Origin: Octopus sinensis
Lineage: Eukaryota
Assembly: GCF_006345805.1 (NCBI RefSeq)
Contig: NC_043007.1
Coordinates: 18,228,001 to 18,292,000 of the forward strand
Direction of reading: 5' to 3'
DNA: 64,000 nt
Position numbers and translations under genes: made by a program. The first letter of the stretch is position 1. Each line of letters opens with the position of its first letter. Under the pieces are notes generated by a model. That model searched no databases. It was given only the letters and a program-made list of their open reading frames with translations, and was not told the origin of the DNA. Of the stretch, positions 49,517 to 62,866 are shown in pieces.

Positions 49517-51664
49517 TTTCTTCCTTCTTTCTCTTTTCATCTTTTGTTTCAGAAGGATTGATGCAAGAAACTGTTGCTGCTCTATTATATTGCAATGATG
49601 TTCATTTCTCCAAATATGGAAACAGTATGGGAAGAGAGAGAGAGAGAGAACTGATATACCAAGGAATTGGTTTGATTGAAACAAGATTCACATTTGACAG
49701 AGGGGGGGAGAGGGGGAGAAGGGAATATTACAGCAAAAAAGAAAAAACAACAACAGCAACAACAACAAGGAGCAATAGAGAAACATTTCACACAAAAGGA
49801 CATTGTAAAAATTTTTGACGACAGGATACAAACAAAAGCAGTTTTATGAATTTAACTGGTTTTGCATCATATATATATATATATATATAAAATATATAAT
49901 GGCAAATAGTGAAAAGAAATAATTAAATTCAGGACAAAACAGAAATTCTTAATTTCATTATTTCTTGATGGAACATGGAACATACGACCGATGCAAATAC
50001 AATTTCAAAATTACAAAGAAAAAAAAATTAGACCAAACAAAACCCTCACTCATCTCAAGGTTTACAGATGTCCCTAGTCAATGAATATTCTGCTCAAAAA
50101 ATGCACCAATGTGTATCTCAGAAGGAATTTAAGCATCACGTTTCCTTTAATGAGTGACAGAAAATAGTTTGTGGCAAAAATCTGGATTTTCCCAAACAAA
50201 CAGAGCCATCAATGCTGTTATTAACATATACATCGCATTAATACAACAATTGCGCTAGTTTACTCTTGAGACGTAGACTCAAGACGTCTGCAATAAACAC
50301 CAGATAATATCCAATGGGTTGGAAAGTTATGAAACACTAAATTAAAGTAAATTATGAATAAAAAGGTGCAACCGATTTTCCAATCTTTAGGAAGAACAGT
50401 GAAAGGCTGTTTGTTTAAGGTGGAATTTGAAAGGCTATTCCAGTTAGATATTAATTGGAAAAAAAACTAACAAGTTACCTTTTGAATCTTTACCTCTGGT
50501 TGGCATGCCAAAGAAAAATGGCAAAATCCATTATTAGTGCCAAACTAACAAGGCAATCAATAAGAAGCAATACTGCATTTCCAATAGTGGAAAAAATTCT
50601 AGAAAAACTCCCTAAAGGAGAATCCAGTAAAAGTGGCATGTGATACATGTGCCATTATGAAAAATGTTATATTTGAAAGGAGCTTTGAAGTGTGTACTAG
50701 TTGTCTTGTGTCTTTATCAAATGTTGTTTTGACAGGATGAAAGAGTTTTTTTGAGAGCCACAGAGAAATTTGATGGGAATAATTTCAGCAGAAGTGGATC
50801 AATTGATTTTAAACACTACCCACGAATAAATATTAAACAAAAAATGAAATGCAATTTTGCAAAACATATCTGAAATGCATACTCATCCAAGGGTTTAGAA
50901 AATACCATAATTAATTCCAAAATGTTCGGCTTGGAACATCATATTGAGAAGTGAGGTTCCGAAGATTTCTGTAGTTGCACCGTTGTTAGAACCATTTACT
51001 TTCCCTCTTTTCTACATTTCTGGCCACTAAACCTTCCTTCTTACTATACCTAAACCCATTGTTTTAATAATTCTTTCCCCCATGACTCTGCCATGCTAAA
51101 ACTTTAAGAACCATTACCAAAGGTGTCAATTATGTTTGAATCATACAGAAATGTTTGGCAAAAAGTGTGACTAAATATATTTTGAAAACATACCCATACC
51201 ATACCTGATGCTGATAATCACATTCTAGTTAGAAAAAAACCTATCATACAAACATCAGAATGTGATTTCATACTGCAGGTGAAATTCCGTTAGTGGAATT
51301 CAAGAGTGTAAATAGTGTAAATACATAAAGTTGTTTGCAGTATGCAATTTCAGGCTGAGGTCAAAACCTCCTGTAAACGAACTTAGAGTTATACTCTCTA
51401 GGTAACACTTATTCCTTAATTTGAAGAACATAATATAAGACAAGATCTAATACTGTGAGGTCAATTATTCTTAAGTCATATTCCTGGAGTTTGGGCTAAA
51501 TATTCCAATACTTCCTGTTATTCTTCTTGGTGTGTGTGTGTGGGGGGCATTATATCCTCAGAGATTTCTGGGTTTCAGCCAAGTACAAATTATTCTATTA
51601 ATTTCTTTGACAACCAAATACTTAATGTGAAAAATGGGATTTTATAATGAGACAAAGAAAATAT

Positions 51665-51897
51665 TTATTTCTTTATTGCCCACAAGGGGCTAAACATAGA
51701 GGGGACAAACAAGGACAGACAAAGGGATTAAGTCGATGAGATCGACCCCGGTGTGTAACTGGTACTTTATTTATCAACCCTGAAAGGGTGAAAGGCAAAG
51801 TTGACCTTGGCGGAATTTGAACTCAGAACGTAACGGCAGATGAAATACCGCTAAGCATTTCGCCTGGCACGCCAATGTTTCTGCCAGCTTGCCGCCT
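51665..51897 (-). mobile_element. SINE family C, full length
   Basis: 17-bp TSD TGAGACAAAGAAAATAT. Confidence 0.9.
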
Positions 51898-54044
51898 TGA
51901 GACAAAGAAAATATCATTAGGGTTGAAACTGAGCATCAAAGAGATTCTATATAGACTTTGGTCAAAACTATATAAAGATGCCAGCTAGTGTACTAAAGTT
52001 CTGAAGCTAAGCAACACAGGGATTTCTTAATATAAAGCAGCAGGCTGTGACTGTGGCTAAAGAAAAAGTCAGTTTAGAAACCAGGAATCTCACCAGGAAT
52101 GACATGATTGGAGTGACTTAACACTCAAGACTATCAAGAAATGGAGTGGGGAAGGGGAATAAAGAAAGAGAAAAAGAATAAGAAACTTGTTTATTATTAT
52201 TGTTGTTGTGGTGGTTATTGTTGTTAGTTGGAATACTTCCTCAGTGAATATTTTGAAGACATTTCCAATTCCAGGCCACAAATTTAGGTAAGAAAATAAT
52301 AATCACCTATAACAGTGACAACAAGTTTATTCTGAATTTATGGAAATTACGGTCCAGGAGCTGGAATGGTTTCCAAAAAGTTGCATAACAGTGCCAGCTA
52401 AATAAAGTATTATTAAAATCTTAATGAGTTTAATAAACATGACAAATAATTAGGACAGGTGCAAATAATTAGGACAGGTTTTTCATATAAATTTAGGACG
52501 GATAACATTTTCTCAGTCACTTAGCTTTGATCTTCGCATTTCACACAACACACCAATCATTTTCTTGTTGCAGCATTAGTTGCCAAACAACTTCCACAGA
52601 AAACAAAACTACATCAACAACAAATGGGAAAAATCGATATGTTAAGGATGAGAAGTTTCTTTCATTTCAAAATATAATATTGAGAAAAGTTTCCATCAAA
52701 GCAGTTTTTAATGATGTCACTTCAAGCTTGTAGAAAGACTTTTTTCTTTTTAAGATATTTGTATGTAAAATACAGTATTAACAACTGTAGTAGGAAAAAG
52801 TATAAAATAAACATTTGTAAATTAAGCAGTCAGGGATTGTTTTCTTACTCTGAGTTACAAAAGGCACAAAACCTATTTGGTCAGAAAACACAAGTATTTA
52901 CAAGTATAGAGATACGCAGCCGTTCAACACCCTAAGATTTTCTTGTTTCCTTTAGAGTTTTTTTTTGGTGTTATTTTCTGACTAAACTAGGTGACATTTA
53001 CAGGACACTGCTGACTTAATTTGTATTATTATGTACATTTTTGTATGTCATAGTTCACAGCAAAACAGACTAAAAAAATATCCATATGGGAAAGTTTTTC
53101 ATTCATTTATCTCAGTTGATATATTTCATCATCATTCTCATCATCATCCTCCACATAATCAGTTTTTTTGTGTTTATTTTTTTTGTGTTTATTTATTTTT
53201 TTTTGTGTGTTTATAATCTGGTTTGTTGTTTGGTGAAAATCATACTTTGACAAGCTATTGAAAACGCCCAGTAGAGTTATGGTACAAGGAATAAAAAGGA
53301 ACTTCAATAAAAAAATATAATTAAAAAATGATTACATAAAGAGAAATTAAAAAAAAAAAAAGTTGACAATGTCAGAAAACATACACAAACACATTGTATT
53401 GTGAAATTTTAGGGAAAAATAAAATATTCAAAGACGATATAAATTGGGAAAAAAAAAGAAAAAAAAAAGAAGAAAAAAACCAATGTTTACAATAACATGA
53501 CGAGATTAAAAAATAGAATGGAAATATTTCAGTAAAATAGGACAGAGCTTTTGGGACCGATTTTCAAAACCAGATTATATATAAAAAAAAGATAGGACTT
53601 GAACTTGAAGCAAGAAAAATTAAAGTTTTAAATGATAGCAACATTGACCAATGAATACAACACAGACAGAAACACAATTAGATTTTTAACTTCCTTATCA
53701 TTTTTCATGATTACTTCCAAGTATATATATACATATATATATATATATACACATACATATGTTTGTGTATATATATATTGATATGTATATACACATATGT
53801 ATGCGTCTGAGAGTATATTTTATATATATATATATATAATATATATATATATGCATGTATGTGTGTGCACATACACACCAACATACAGAAGATATGCAAA
53901 AACGTGCACAATTCAAGAAATGTCTAACTGCAGATCATTCATTGTCATATTTTGGGAGATCCTCTTCTCCACCATAATTAACAACACCTGTGTTCAGTAT
54001 AGCAATTATCTTATTAAACATAATCGGCTATATAAGCAGCTAAT

Positions 54045-54055
54045 ATATATACATG

Positions 54056-54111
<56 letters not shown>

Positions 54112-54520
54112 TACATGTGTGTGTGTGTACATATACAAATAGACACACATGATGTAAATATTATATATATATATATATACACACACACATACATGTGTGT
54201 GTGTGTACATATACAAATAGACACACATGATGTAAATATTATATATATTATATATATATATATATATATAATATATATATATATACACACACACATACAT
54301 GTGTGTGTGTGTGTGTGTACATACACAAATAGACACACATGATGTAAATATATATATATATATATTATATATATAATATATATATATATACACATACATG
54401 TGTGTATATACACACACACGATGTAAATATATATATATAGAGAGAGAGATGAATACACACATGCTCACATACATATATCCACGCATATACATACACACAT
54501 ACATGTATATACATATACAT
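54045..54520. repeat. Minisatellite of ~60-85-bp units (acatatacaaatagacacacatgatgtaaata)
   Basis: Three full units and one partial unit. A further (CATA/TA) tract lies at ~54960-55180. Confidence 0.85.
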
Positions 54521-56206
54521 ATGAGTGACTTCTTTAATTAAGCAAGAGCATTTGAGTTGAGAAATCCAAACCATATAACTGAATTAATTGAATTACACAT
54601 AGCAATGTTATGCACCAGATTTCCAGTTGTGCTTCTTACAAATGAATGACATCAAAAACATCTTGATTTGTTATTTACATTCATTTCTGTATCTTAGGCA
54701 TGGATTGCATTCACATAGAAAACACTACAAGTGTATATACAGAGAAACATATGCATAGACACACATGCCTACCTACAGACACAGAACATATATTATTTAT
54801 TAATTATGAAGTTATACAAAAGCTTAGAGTTACGTACCAAATAAATTGTTTGAAATGTGCTTTTGCACGAAGCTTCTGTAGCCTCAGCATAAATAAATAA
54901 TATATATACTCTGTTTTATGTATTGATTTCATTTCTCCGATTTGTAACAACTATGCTGTGTGCGTACATACATACATATATATACATACATACATATACA
55001 TACATACATATACATACATACATATACATACATACATACATATACATACATACACATACATACATACATATACATACATACACATACATACATACATATA
55101 CATACATACACATATATACATACATACACACACACATATACATACACACACATACATGTACACATATATGCACATGCAACGATATGAATATACATCCATA
55201 TACACACTGCTTAATAGTAAACAAATGAGAAGAGTACCCAATGCATATTGTAGAGTATATGGTCTTTTTTTTTTAAACTGGGGCTGAGAGCTTGTCTCAT
55301 TTCACTTTTAATAAATGTGTATATATATATGTATGTATGTACACACACATATGTGTGTGTGTGTATGTATGTATGTATGTATTGTATATAAGGAGGAGAG
55401 AAGAGAACAAGAGCAGAAATAGATATATATATACAATTCTGAAATTGTGTGTATAACTGGATAAACTTCACATGGCCCTGCTTCATTTTAATGTCAGGAA
55501 ATCACTAAAACTTTTATATGTAAAGTGTGAAGAGGTTTACTGTCTGACCACCAAACGCGACACGCTATGCTCAACAGAAATGACAAGCACTGATCGATGG
55601 CATAATGTTCAAGAAATTAAACCTAAGGCTAAATCTTGAAGGAAATATCCAGCAATAATTTTAAAGCAACACAAAGAAGTCAAGTTACTCAACAGATGTA
55701 TGTAACGATGGTCCACAGAAAAGTAAATTCCTTTATCAAGGGAATAATTAGTGTGTGCGTATAAGGAGCTGTCGGGCACTGAAGCACAAAAGTCAACATA
55801 GAGACACAAAGCAGGATGATGAAAATATCGGACACAACTTAATAAAACAGCTATTCAGAAGGATGTTAGAAACCAAGGATGAGTAAAAAAGCACAAAAAT
55901 TCTATGGATTAATACATTTTTTTTTGTAGCAATATTTAGTAAGTTAAAAGGGAATAATAAAAAATATTTTGCCCTGAAACATTTAAAAGCATTTTAAAAT
56001 ATTCTAAATAGGTGTCCAAAAAAAATTCCCATATGTTATAGTTAAAAATCCAGTTTACTGTAGATCAATCCGGAATAGATGATGTTCAACTGAATCACAC
56101 AGAATCTTTTGCATTACATCTTCTAAGGCCATCTTAGTTGACTGACAGTAATGTCCTACAAGATTTCTCCAGATGCTTGACCGGCGATGGAAAGAGATCT
56201 TGATAT

Positions 56207-56278
56207 TTATTCTTCCAAAAGTGTTGGCAGTAGCTGTTTCATTCTTCTATATTGGTCAAAACGGCTTTGGGCATATTC
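56207..56278 (-). CDS. CHKA/CHKB: Choline kinase terminal coding exon: EYAQSRFDQYRRMKQLLPTLLEE*
   Basis: Acceptor ttcttcAG, phase 0. EYAQ.RF..Y continues the family C-terminus. TAA stop at 56207-56209. Confidence 0.92.
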   Translation of the reverse strand, partial: EYAQSRFDQYRRMKQLLPTLLEE

Positions 56279-56482
56279 CTGAAGAATTAACAAACAAAAT
56301 GGTGAAGAAACTCATATAATAAATGACAGAAAGCAATCAAGATAACTGAAAGAACAATTAAACGTCTGGCCAGACAAAAACAAGGAAAAATAAAACTCAA
56401 AACATGAATGTGTGTATTTTTATTATTAATTGGAGAAGTTACAGAGTATTTCAAGTGCCAAGAATTTTGTGTTTTGGCAAAG

Positions 56483-56595
56483 GTGGAGAGCTGGCAGAAA
56501 CGTTAGCACACCAGGTGAAATGCTTAGTTCTGAGTTCAAATTTGCCTTTCATCCTTTCAGGGTTGATAAATTAAGTACCAGTTACACACTGGGGT
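56483..56595 (+). mobile_element. SINE family C, internally deleted
   Basis: Head and central domain only. Confidence 0.65.
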
Positions 56596-56619
56596 GGGGG
56601 GCACTGGCAGCGACCTCGC

Positions 56620-56830
56620 TCAAATGTTTTTTCACGTGCCACCAGCACAAGTGCCAGTAAGGCGATGCAGATAACTATCATGCTCGAATGGTGCTTTTTA
56701 CGTGCCACCGGCACGGAGGCCAGTTCGTTGCTCTGGCAACGATCACGCTCGGATGGTGCTCTTAGCGCTCCACTAGCATAGATGCCAGTCATCGAATTTG
56801 ATTTCGATTTCACTTGCCTCAACTGGTCTT
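56620..56830 (-). mobile_element. Family B 5' fragment
   Basis: Two modules plus the cttgcctcaac.ggtcttc segment. Confidence 0.6.
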
Positions 56831-57280
56831 CGCAAGCAGAGTTTAGAAAACATTCTAACAAGAGATTCTCTGAATGGTCGTTCAAACTGCTAGAAATAAC
56901 AACCAAATCTTCTTCAATAAAACCATATTGTTTCCAAACAACAAACACGTCGATAGAGTTGGATGTATTGTATGACTAAACAATAAGGTGGCCATAACTG
57001 GAACATATTTTATCACAGGTCTGCCGGATCAGAGCTGACTTGGGGTTTAATAACAACAAACATCACAATATGTAGTACAAGGAAATAGTGAGTAAAAGGA
57101 CGAACTATGTTCACATTATATAAGATCGTATCCTGTTGCAGACAGTATGTTATGAGGTACTTGTCCGCTGTTGAAGCTGTATCTTGGCTTTTTTCTGTGC
57201 GATATTCTGAACCCCGCAAGGGAGACAACTCGTACATTTTATAAAATATTGTCAAGATTTACGTTAGAGACATGTTTTCA

Positions 57281-57598
57281 TCTCTATATAAAGCTGAAGT
57301 TGTCTGTGTGTGGCGGTTTTGGTAACCTTCAACTAACACCATCTCCTCCGAGACCCTGCGGCGCAAGTTGACCAAAATTGAGAGTATGATAGAAGAAGGC
57401 TTGCTCTTTATTCCGTAGAAAAAAAAATTCAAATCGGACCATGTTAGCACAAAAAATTATTTATATCAAAAAGGTGCTTTTTTTTCTATGAAAATCCCTG
57501 ATTTTTTACGATTCTTTGACTGCTGTGTCGCCATAATTCAAAAATTCCAATTCTAAAGGGTCAAAACAAACCCGAGCAACGCCGAGCGATACTGCTAG
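57281..57598 (+). mobile_element. Non-autonomous Helitron in the last choline kinase intron
   Basis: A|TCTCTATATAAAGC ... CCCGAGCAACGCCGAGCGATACTGCTAG|T. Confidence 0.75.
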
Positions 57599-57638
57599 TA
57601 ATATTGCGAAATTCCGGTTTCTTTTGGATACCCCATCA

Positions 57639-57902
<264 letters not shown>

Positions 57903-57998
57903 TTATTTTTAAGTGAAGGGGCAAACATACTCAATGTTGGGTATTGAGGAACACTTAGCCGTTTATCATACAACAATGTTCATAGAATACACCTGTAC

Positions 57999-58290
57999 CA
58001 TGGCCTAGTGGTTAGAGCAGCGGACTTGAAGTCAAGGGATTGCGGGTTCGAATCTCAGACCGGGCGATGTGTGTGTTTATGAGTGAAACAACTAAGCTCC
58101 ATGCGGCTCCAGCAGAAGGTAATGGCGAACTTCTGCTGACTCTTTCGCCACAACTTTCTTTCACTCTTTCCTCCTGCATCTTGCAGCTCACCTGTGACGG
58201 TCCGGCGTCCCGTCCAGGTGGGGAACCTATGCGCCAAGGAAACCGGCCCTTATGAGCCAGGTGTGGCTCCAGAAGGAACAAGGTTTGTCA
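57999..58290 (+). mobile_element. tRNA-head SINE (family D variant) in a choline kinase intron
   Basis: TGGCCTAGTGG A-box and GGTTCGAATCTC B-box. Confidence 0.75.
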
Positions 58291-58759
58291 GTCACACTCA
58301 TAGCACATATTCTATGTTTACCTGTGTTTTTCACAGTATATATCCTAAACTGCTAATTAGTGTTGTTCACAGCATGCTTCTGCATCATTTACCTGTGTTT
58401 TTCAAGCATATATCCTATACAGTTTATTGTAGTTTAGTTCATAGTAGATTCAGCTTATCAGGCAATATTGTGAAAACAATAATTGCCAACTCAGTTTGAC
58501 TATCACCAAGAAGTGCTCTTTCTGTCTGTCTCTCACACATTCTCTAAAGTAATTTGCAAAGGAATTTTTACCTTGAAATATCAGGACTAATTAAATATTT
58601 CCAAGGTAACATTTCAATATTTTTGTTATTGTCATTTTTCATATTTGAGGTTTCTTTAGATTGTCAAATAAATTCGTTCATTTCTTTTCAATGTTATTTG
58701 AGCTAATTAGTCAAGACTTCATGATTTCTACAATCAAGGAATTTACAAGCTAGCAGAAT

Positions 58760-59190
58760 CATCATCGTTTAACGCCCGTTTTCCATGCTAGCATGGGTTG
58801 GACGGTTCGACCGGGGTCTGGGAAACCAGAAGGCTGCACCAGGCTCCAGTCTGATCTGGCAGCGTTTCTACAGCTGGATGCCCTTCCTAATGCCAACCAC
58901 TCAGTGAGTGTAGTGGGTGCTTTTTACATGCCACTGGCACAGGTGCCAGGGGAGGCTGGCAATGGCCACAATCGGTTTGTGCTTTTTATGTGCCATAGGC
59001 ACAGAAGCCAGTCAAGGCGGCGCTGGCATCAGCTACATTTGGATGGTGCTTTTTACGTGCTACCGGCACAGGTATCACAACTACAATTTCCATTTGATCT
59101 TTTTGATGTTTATGTACTTGACTCAATAGGTCTCCTCAAGCACAGCTCTCCTCAAGCACAGCTCTCCTCAAGCACAGCTCTCCTCAATGG
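58760..59190 (-). mobile_element. Family B retroelement in a choline kinase intron
   Basis: Three modules. The 5' end has an 18-nt unit (ctcctcaagcacagctct) repeated about three times. Confidence 0.75.
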
Positions 59191-59640
59191 CAAGAAATCA
59201 TAAACAATGAAGAAGAAAATACAGTCGACTGATTTGTTAAAATTGTTTAATGAAATATAATGATTAAAATAAGTGAGAAAAGAAAAATAGATTTATCTGA
59301 CATGTTTCTTTTACTTCCTTCAACACATTGATTTTCTACATATTCTGCAATGCTTCATACAAAATACAACACTCACCTATATAGTTTAAATACTCATAAT
59401 TTTGAAAAATAATTACTCTTATATTTATTGATTTTCAAAGAAAATTTGAAAACATGTTATAATTCTCTAAAGCTGAGTCTTGTTAGACTCCTGTAAAGTA
59501 GTCAGTGGTATTAGTGGTGTAAAGGTATAACAATTGTACTTATAAGACTGTATACAATGGTATAACAATAACACTGCAATGATAAACCAGTAGTGTTACT
59601 GAGAGTGCACAGGCTGATAAAAATTAACAAACGAACTTAC

Positions 59641-59749
59641 CTGTTGTTTTTTAGATGGGTAACCTTCTTCATAAAATGCAAAATAAGGAGGTTCATCCAC
59701 ATTGTAATCATAACACCATTCCAAGAAGTGATTGCCAAGATCAAATCCC
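59641..59749 (-). CDS. CHKA/CHKB: Choline kinase exon: (R)GFDLGNHFLEWCYDYNVDEPPYFAFYEEGYPSKKQQ
   Basis: 109 nt with acceptor tttttgcAG and donor GTAAGT. RGFDxGNHFxEWxYDY and YPxKxQQ are characteristic of choline kinases (ethanolamine kinases have AFDIGNHFNEF). Confidence 0.95.
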
Positions 59750-60132
59750 CTGCAAAAATATCCAAATATATATACATACATACATATACACATACATACA
59801 AACACACACACACAACTATACATACGCACACACATACACACACACATACATACACACACACACACACACATATATAATACTGAAAATTTAGAAACAGCAG
59901 CCAAAGACCGCTTATTCCTATTTACTACAGATATATGGTTCTCTTTCCATACCGAAACTACTTGGTAATAATTATTAATTTTAAAATTAATAATTATTTA
60001 CCCTTATATTAGTAATGAAATATATATATATATATTTATATTTGTGTTTGTATATATAAGGGTAAGATCGATATTTACATACTGATTTTATCGGGTGGCC
60101 AGCATAGGAATAAAAACCTTTCAAAGGTAATA

Positions 60133-60308
60133 ATTATTTAAAATTATAATTTAGGGTATCTAAGGGATACCACCTCACCAGAAATAGCAGCTAAAACTTG
60201 ACTCTAAAACCACATTAAATATTTAATGTAGTTTTAGAGTCAACTTTTGACTGCTATTCCCAGCGTGATGGTATCTCTTAGATACCCTAAATTATAATTC
60301 TAAATAAT
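60133..60308. repeat. Loop-less palindrome, ~88-bp arms (intronic)
   Basis: Centre cattaaat|atttaatg at 60220/60221. Confidence 0.88.
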
Positions 60309-60389
60309 GTTATCTATATGTTTGTGTAAGTCGCCTAAGAGTCCATAAGTCAGGAAAAAAATGCACTTGTATATCTGACAATAGAGTGA

Positions 60390-60639
60390 GTCTATTATCC
60401 AAAGTGTACAGTATTATATAATCCATTACAGCTGATCTTACTAGGGATTCAATGGAGTGTTAGGTAACAATCTGATTACGTAACCCTGCACTCAACAGAG
60501 GTAGCCGTTATTCTCTGATGAATGCAGGGTTACATAATCAGATTGTTACCTAACACTCACTTGAATCCCTAGTGCGAAACCAATTGGTAAGATCAGCTAT
60601 AATGGATATATAATACTCTACACTTTGGATACTATAGAC
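60390..60639. repeat. Inverted repeat (60390-60500 / 60513-60639), intronic
   Basis: The right arm carries a 15-nt segment (containing gcgaaaccaattg) absent from the left arm. Confidence 0.88.
60512..60592 (+). ncRNA. Hammerhead-like motif in a choline kinase intron (antisense to the gene)
   Basis: tct-CTGATGA-at-gca...tgc-GAAAC-caattg-GTA-aga. Stem III is palindromic; the stem II junction is imperfect. Confidence 0.5.
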
Positions 60640-61040
60640 ATAAATGTACGACGCTATGTTATTGTAACGGTGAAGGTAAATAGACGCGAGCTCGTTGGCA
60701 CTTTTGTGTTTGTGTGGCCTCATTAGATAAAAAAAAAAACGGAGCAGTGTCTTGCATGCTTTGGGTAATACCAGTGTCAAGGGGTTAACATGATATAACA
60801 GCTAAAATGTGAAATTTTGTCAAAAACGCTCAGAGTAAACCATGTTCTATGTGAGAAATTCTACCAGTATTCAAAGTTTCAAACTGTTTAGTTAAAAACA
60901 ATTAATTTAAAAAATCTGTGATTGAAATGGAATAGATCATTTCCAGCTTATTTGTATCTTTGTATATAAATATAAATTCCTATATATGTGCATCTTTATT
61001 TCCCCTCACCAACCACTTGACAAACAATGCTGCTTTGTTT

Positions 61041-61495
61041 ATAATAATAATAATAATGAAATCATTGTATACAGTGCTCAGGTGCACCACAACTTGTCAG
61101 AAAGTGCGTATAAAGCATATGCAGTAATGTACAAATGTCTGGGAAGTGAACAGTGTATGAGTTAGATACATGCTTGCGTGTGTATGGAGGGGAGAAAATC
61201 AGTTGTAGTGTTGGCGAATCTCAGGAAGCATGGAAGTTTTGAAGGATGCAGTGCTCTGACAACTAACAACTGATGCCGGCAGTTTGTTCCATGCTTCAGC
61301 AACTCTCAGCGTGAAAAAATGTTTCCGAAAGTCATGGGAGCTGTGCTGTTTTCTGACTTTGTAAATATGTCCACGGGTGTTAGACAGGTGGAGTTTGAAA
61401 AGGTGCTCAGAGTTATTGTTTGTAAGATGGTTTGTAATTTTATGGGTGTCTGCCAAGTCAGCTGCCAGGCATCGGAGTTTATCTCCCTGTAACCA
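61041..61495 (-). mobile_element. CR1-type LINE 3' fragment in a choline kinase intron
   Basis: NTRGH.YKVRK..DFRKHFFTLRV..AWNKLP..VV....SFK, followed by a 3' UTR and (ATT)n tail. Confidence 0.82.
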
Positions 61496-61668
61496 AGCAG
61501 TTCAGCAAAAGTATTTGACACAATAGGTACCAAACTTAAAACAAAACCAAAACATAAGTACTAGGGTCGATTTATTGGCTAAAACCCTTGAAGGTGGTGC
61601 CCAAGCATAATCAACATTCCAATGATCAAAACAAGTAAAAGATAAACACCCACACAGACAACACATAC

Positions 61669-61753
61669 CTATAATTGTAAGCACAATACTCCCAATCAAT
61701 GACTGTTAGCTTCTTTAGTGGATCAGTACAGGAGTCGAGAATTAATACATTTC
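61669..61753 (-). CDS. CHKA/CHKB: Choline kinase, internal coding exon: (G)NVLILDSCTDPLKKLTVIDWEYCAYNY(R)
   Basis: 85-nt exon with acceptor tttctcttgcAG and donor GTatgt. Encodes the end of the Brenner motif (GN) and the choline-kinase motif IDxEY..YNYR. Ends in phase 2 (AG), matching the next exon, which starts with G. Upstream exons lie beyond the window. Confidence 0.92.
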
Positions 61754-62866
61754 CTGCAAGAGAAACAAAATGGGAAAAAAGACCGTTTAATTTGGTGTTT
61801 TTCAAAAATGTTGATATGTTTAATAATAAGAGTCTTCTAAATATTCTGCTATCTTAGTGGTTGCAATCAGTAATAATGCATGCATTAAAATTTCTAGTCA
61901 GTAATGTAGCAGATTTGATAAAAATAGATGAGTTTGACAAAAGTTTTTCCCTCCCACTCTCAACATGAAAATTCTCCTGACTTTAGTTAAGAGTCGACCC
62001 ATTTTGTGACCTTTTTTACTGACTCAGTTTACAAGTTCTGACATTCATTACATTTCCCTTTTATTGTAATTAGGTCAGACAGGACTAAGACTCAAAGATA
62101 AGACCAACTTATTTAGGTAAAATAGTATTTCTGAAACTAAAATAAATTTACACAATGGAGAGGTGTCAAAAGTCATTCTGTTGCCAGAATGAGACTTCAG
62201 GGAGACGACACTTTCATAATTCAAAGGTCATTAAGAAAAATAGTACGTCACACTGGCTAAAGGAACAAAACATTAGCATCAAGCTAAGTAAAACCGCGGT
62301 TAGTGCCAGTGACATGTAAAAGGAACCCGCTAAATGATGACTGTGATGATCAGATATTGAATTGAAGAATCACAAATTTCACTGTTAGAGGGCACAGTGT
62401 TATGTTCAGAGTAAGGTTCTGAATACCTTCCCCACTTACAGAGTATCTAGGAGGCCATTCAGTATTGCTAATAATAGCAGCCAATCTCCTCCAAATCATA
62501 CTCTACTTTCTTAAAAGGAAAAAACAGTCTAGATAGCATATCCCTAGATACACAATATCTGAAGTGAAGGTGGGATGTTTTCAACTAGAATGTCTTTAAT
62601 CTGCTGGATCAGGGCTGACCTGGGACCAACAATAACAAAAAAATGTGGCAGTACTAGTGCAAGTAAGAATAGTAGGGGAACAAGTGATGGGGTATTAGTG
62701 TTGATGTAACAGGAAACTAATGTATGGTTTTCAAGTAAAAGATCTCCTTTTTATGAATACAAATAGATGAAGTTCAAAAATAATTAAATGGTGCTATCAG
62801 TAAGATAGATCCAGTTGAGACAAGAATTCGTATCAGAAATTGAAAAAATTTATACAATAACTCCTA

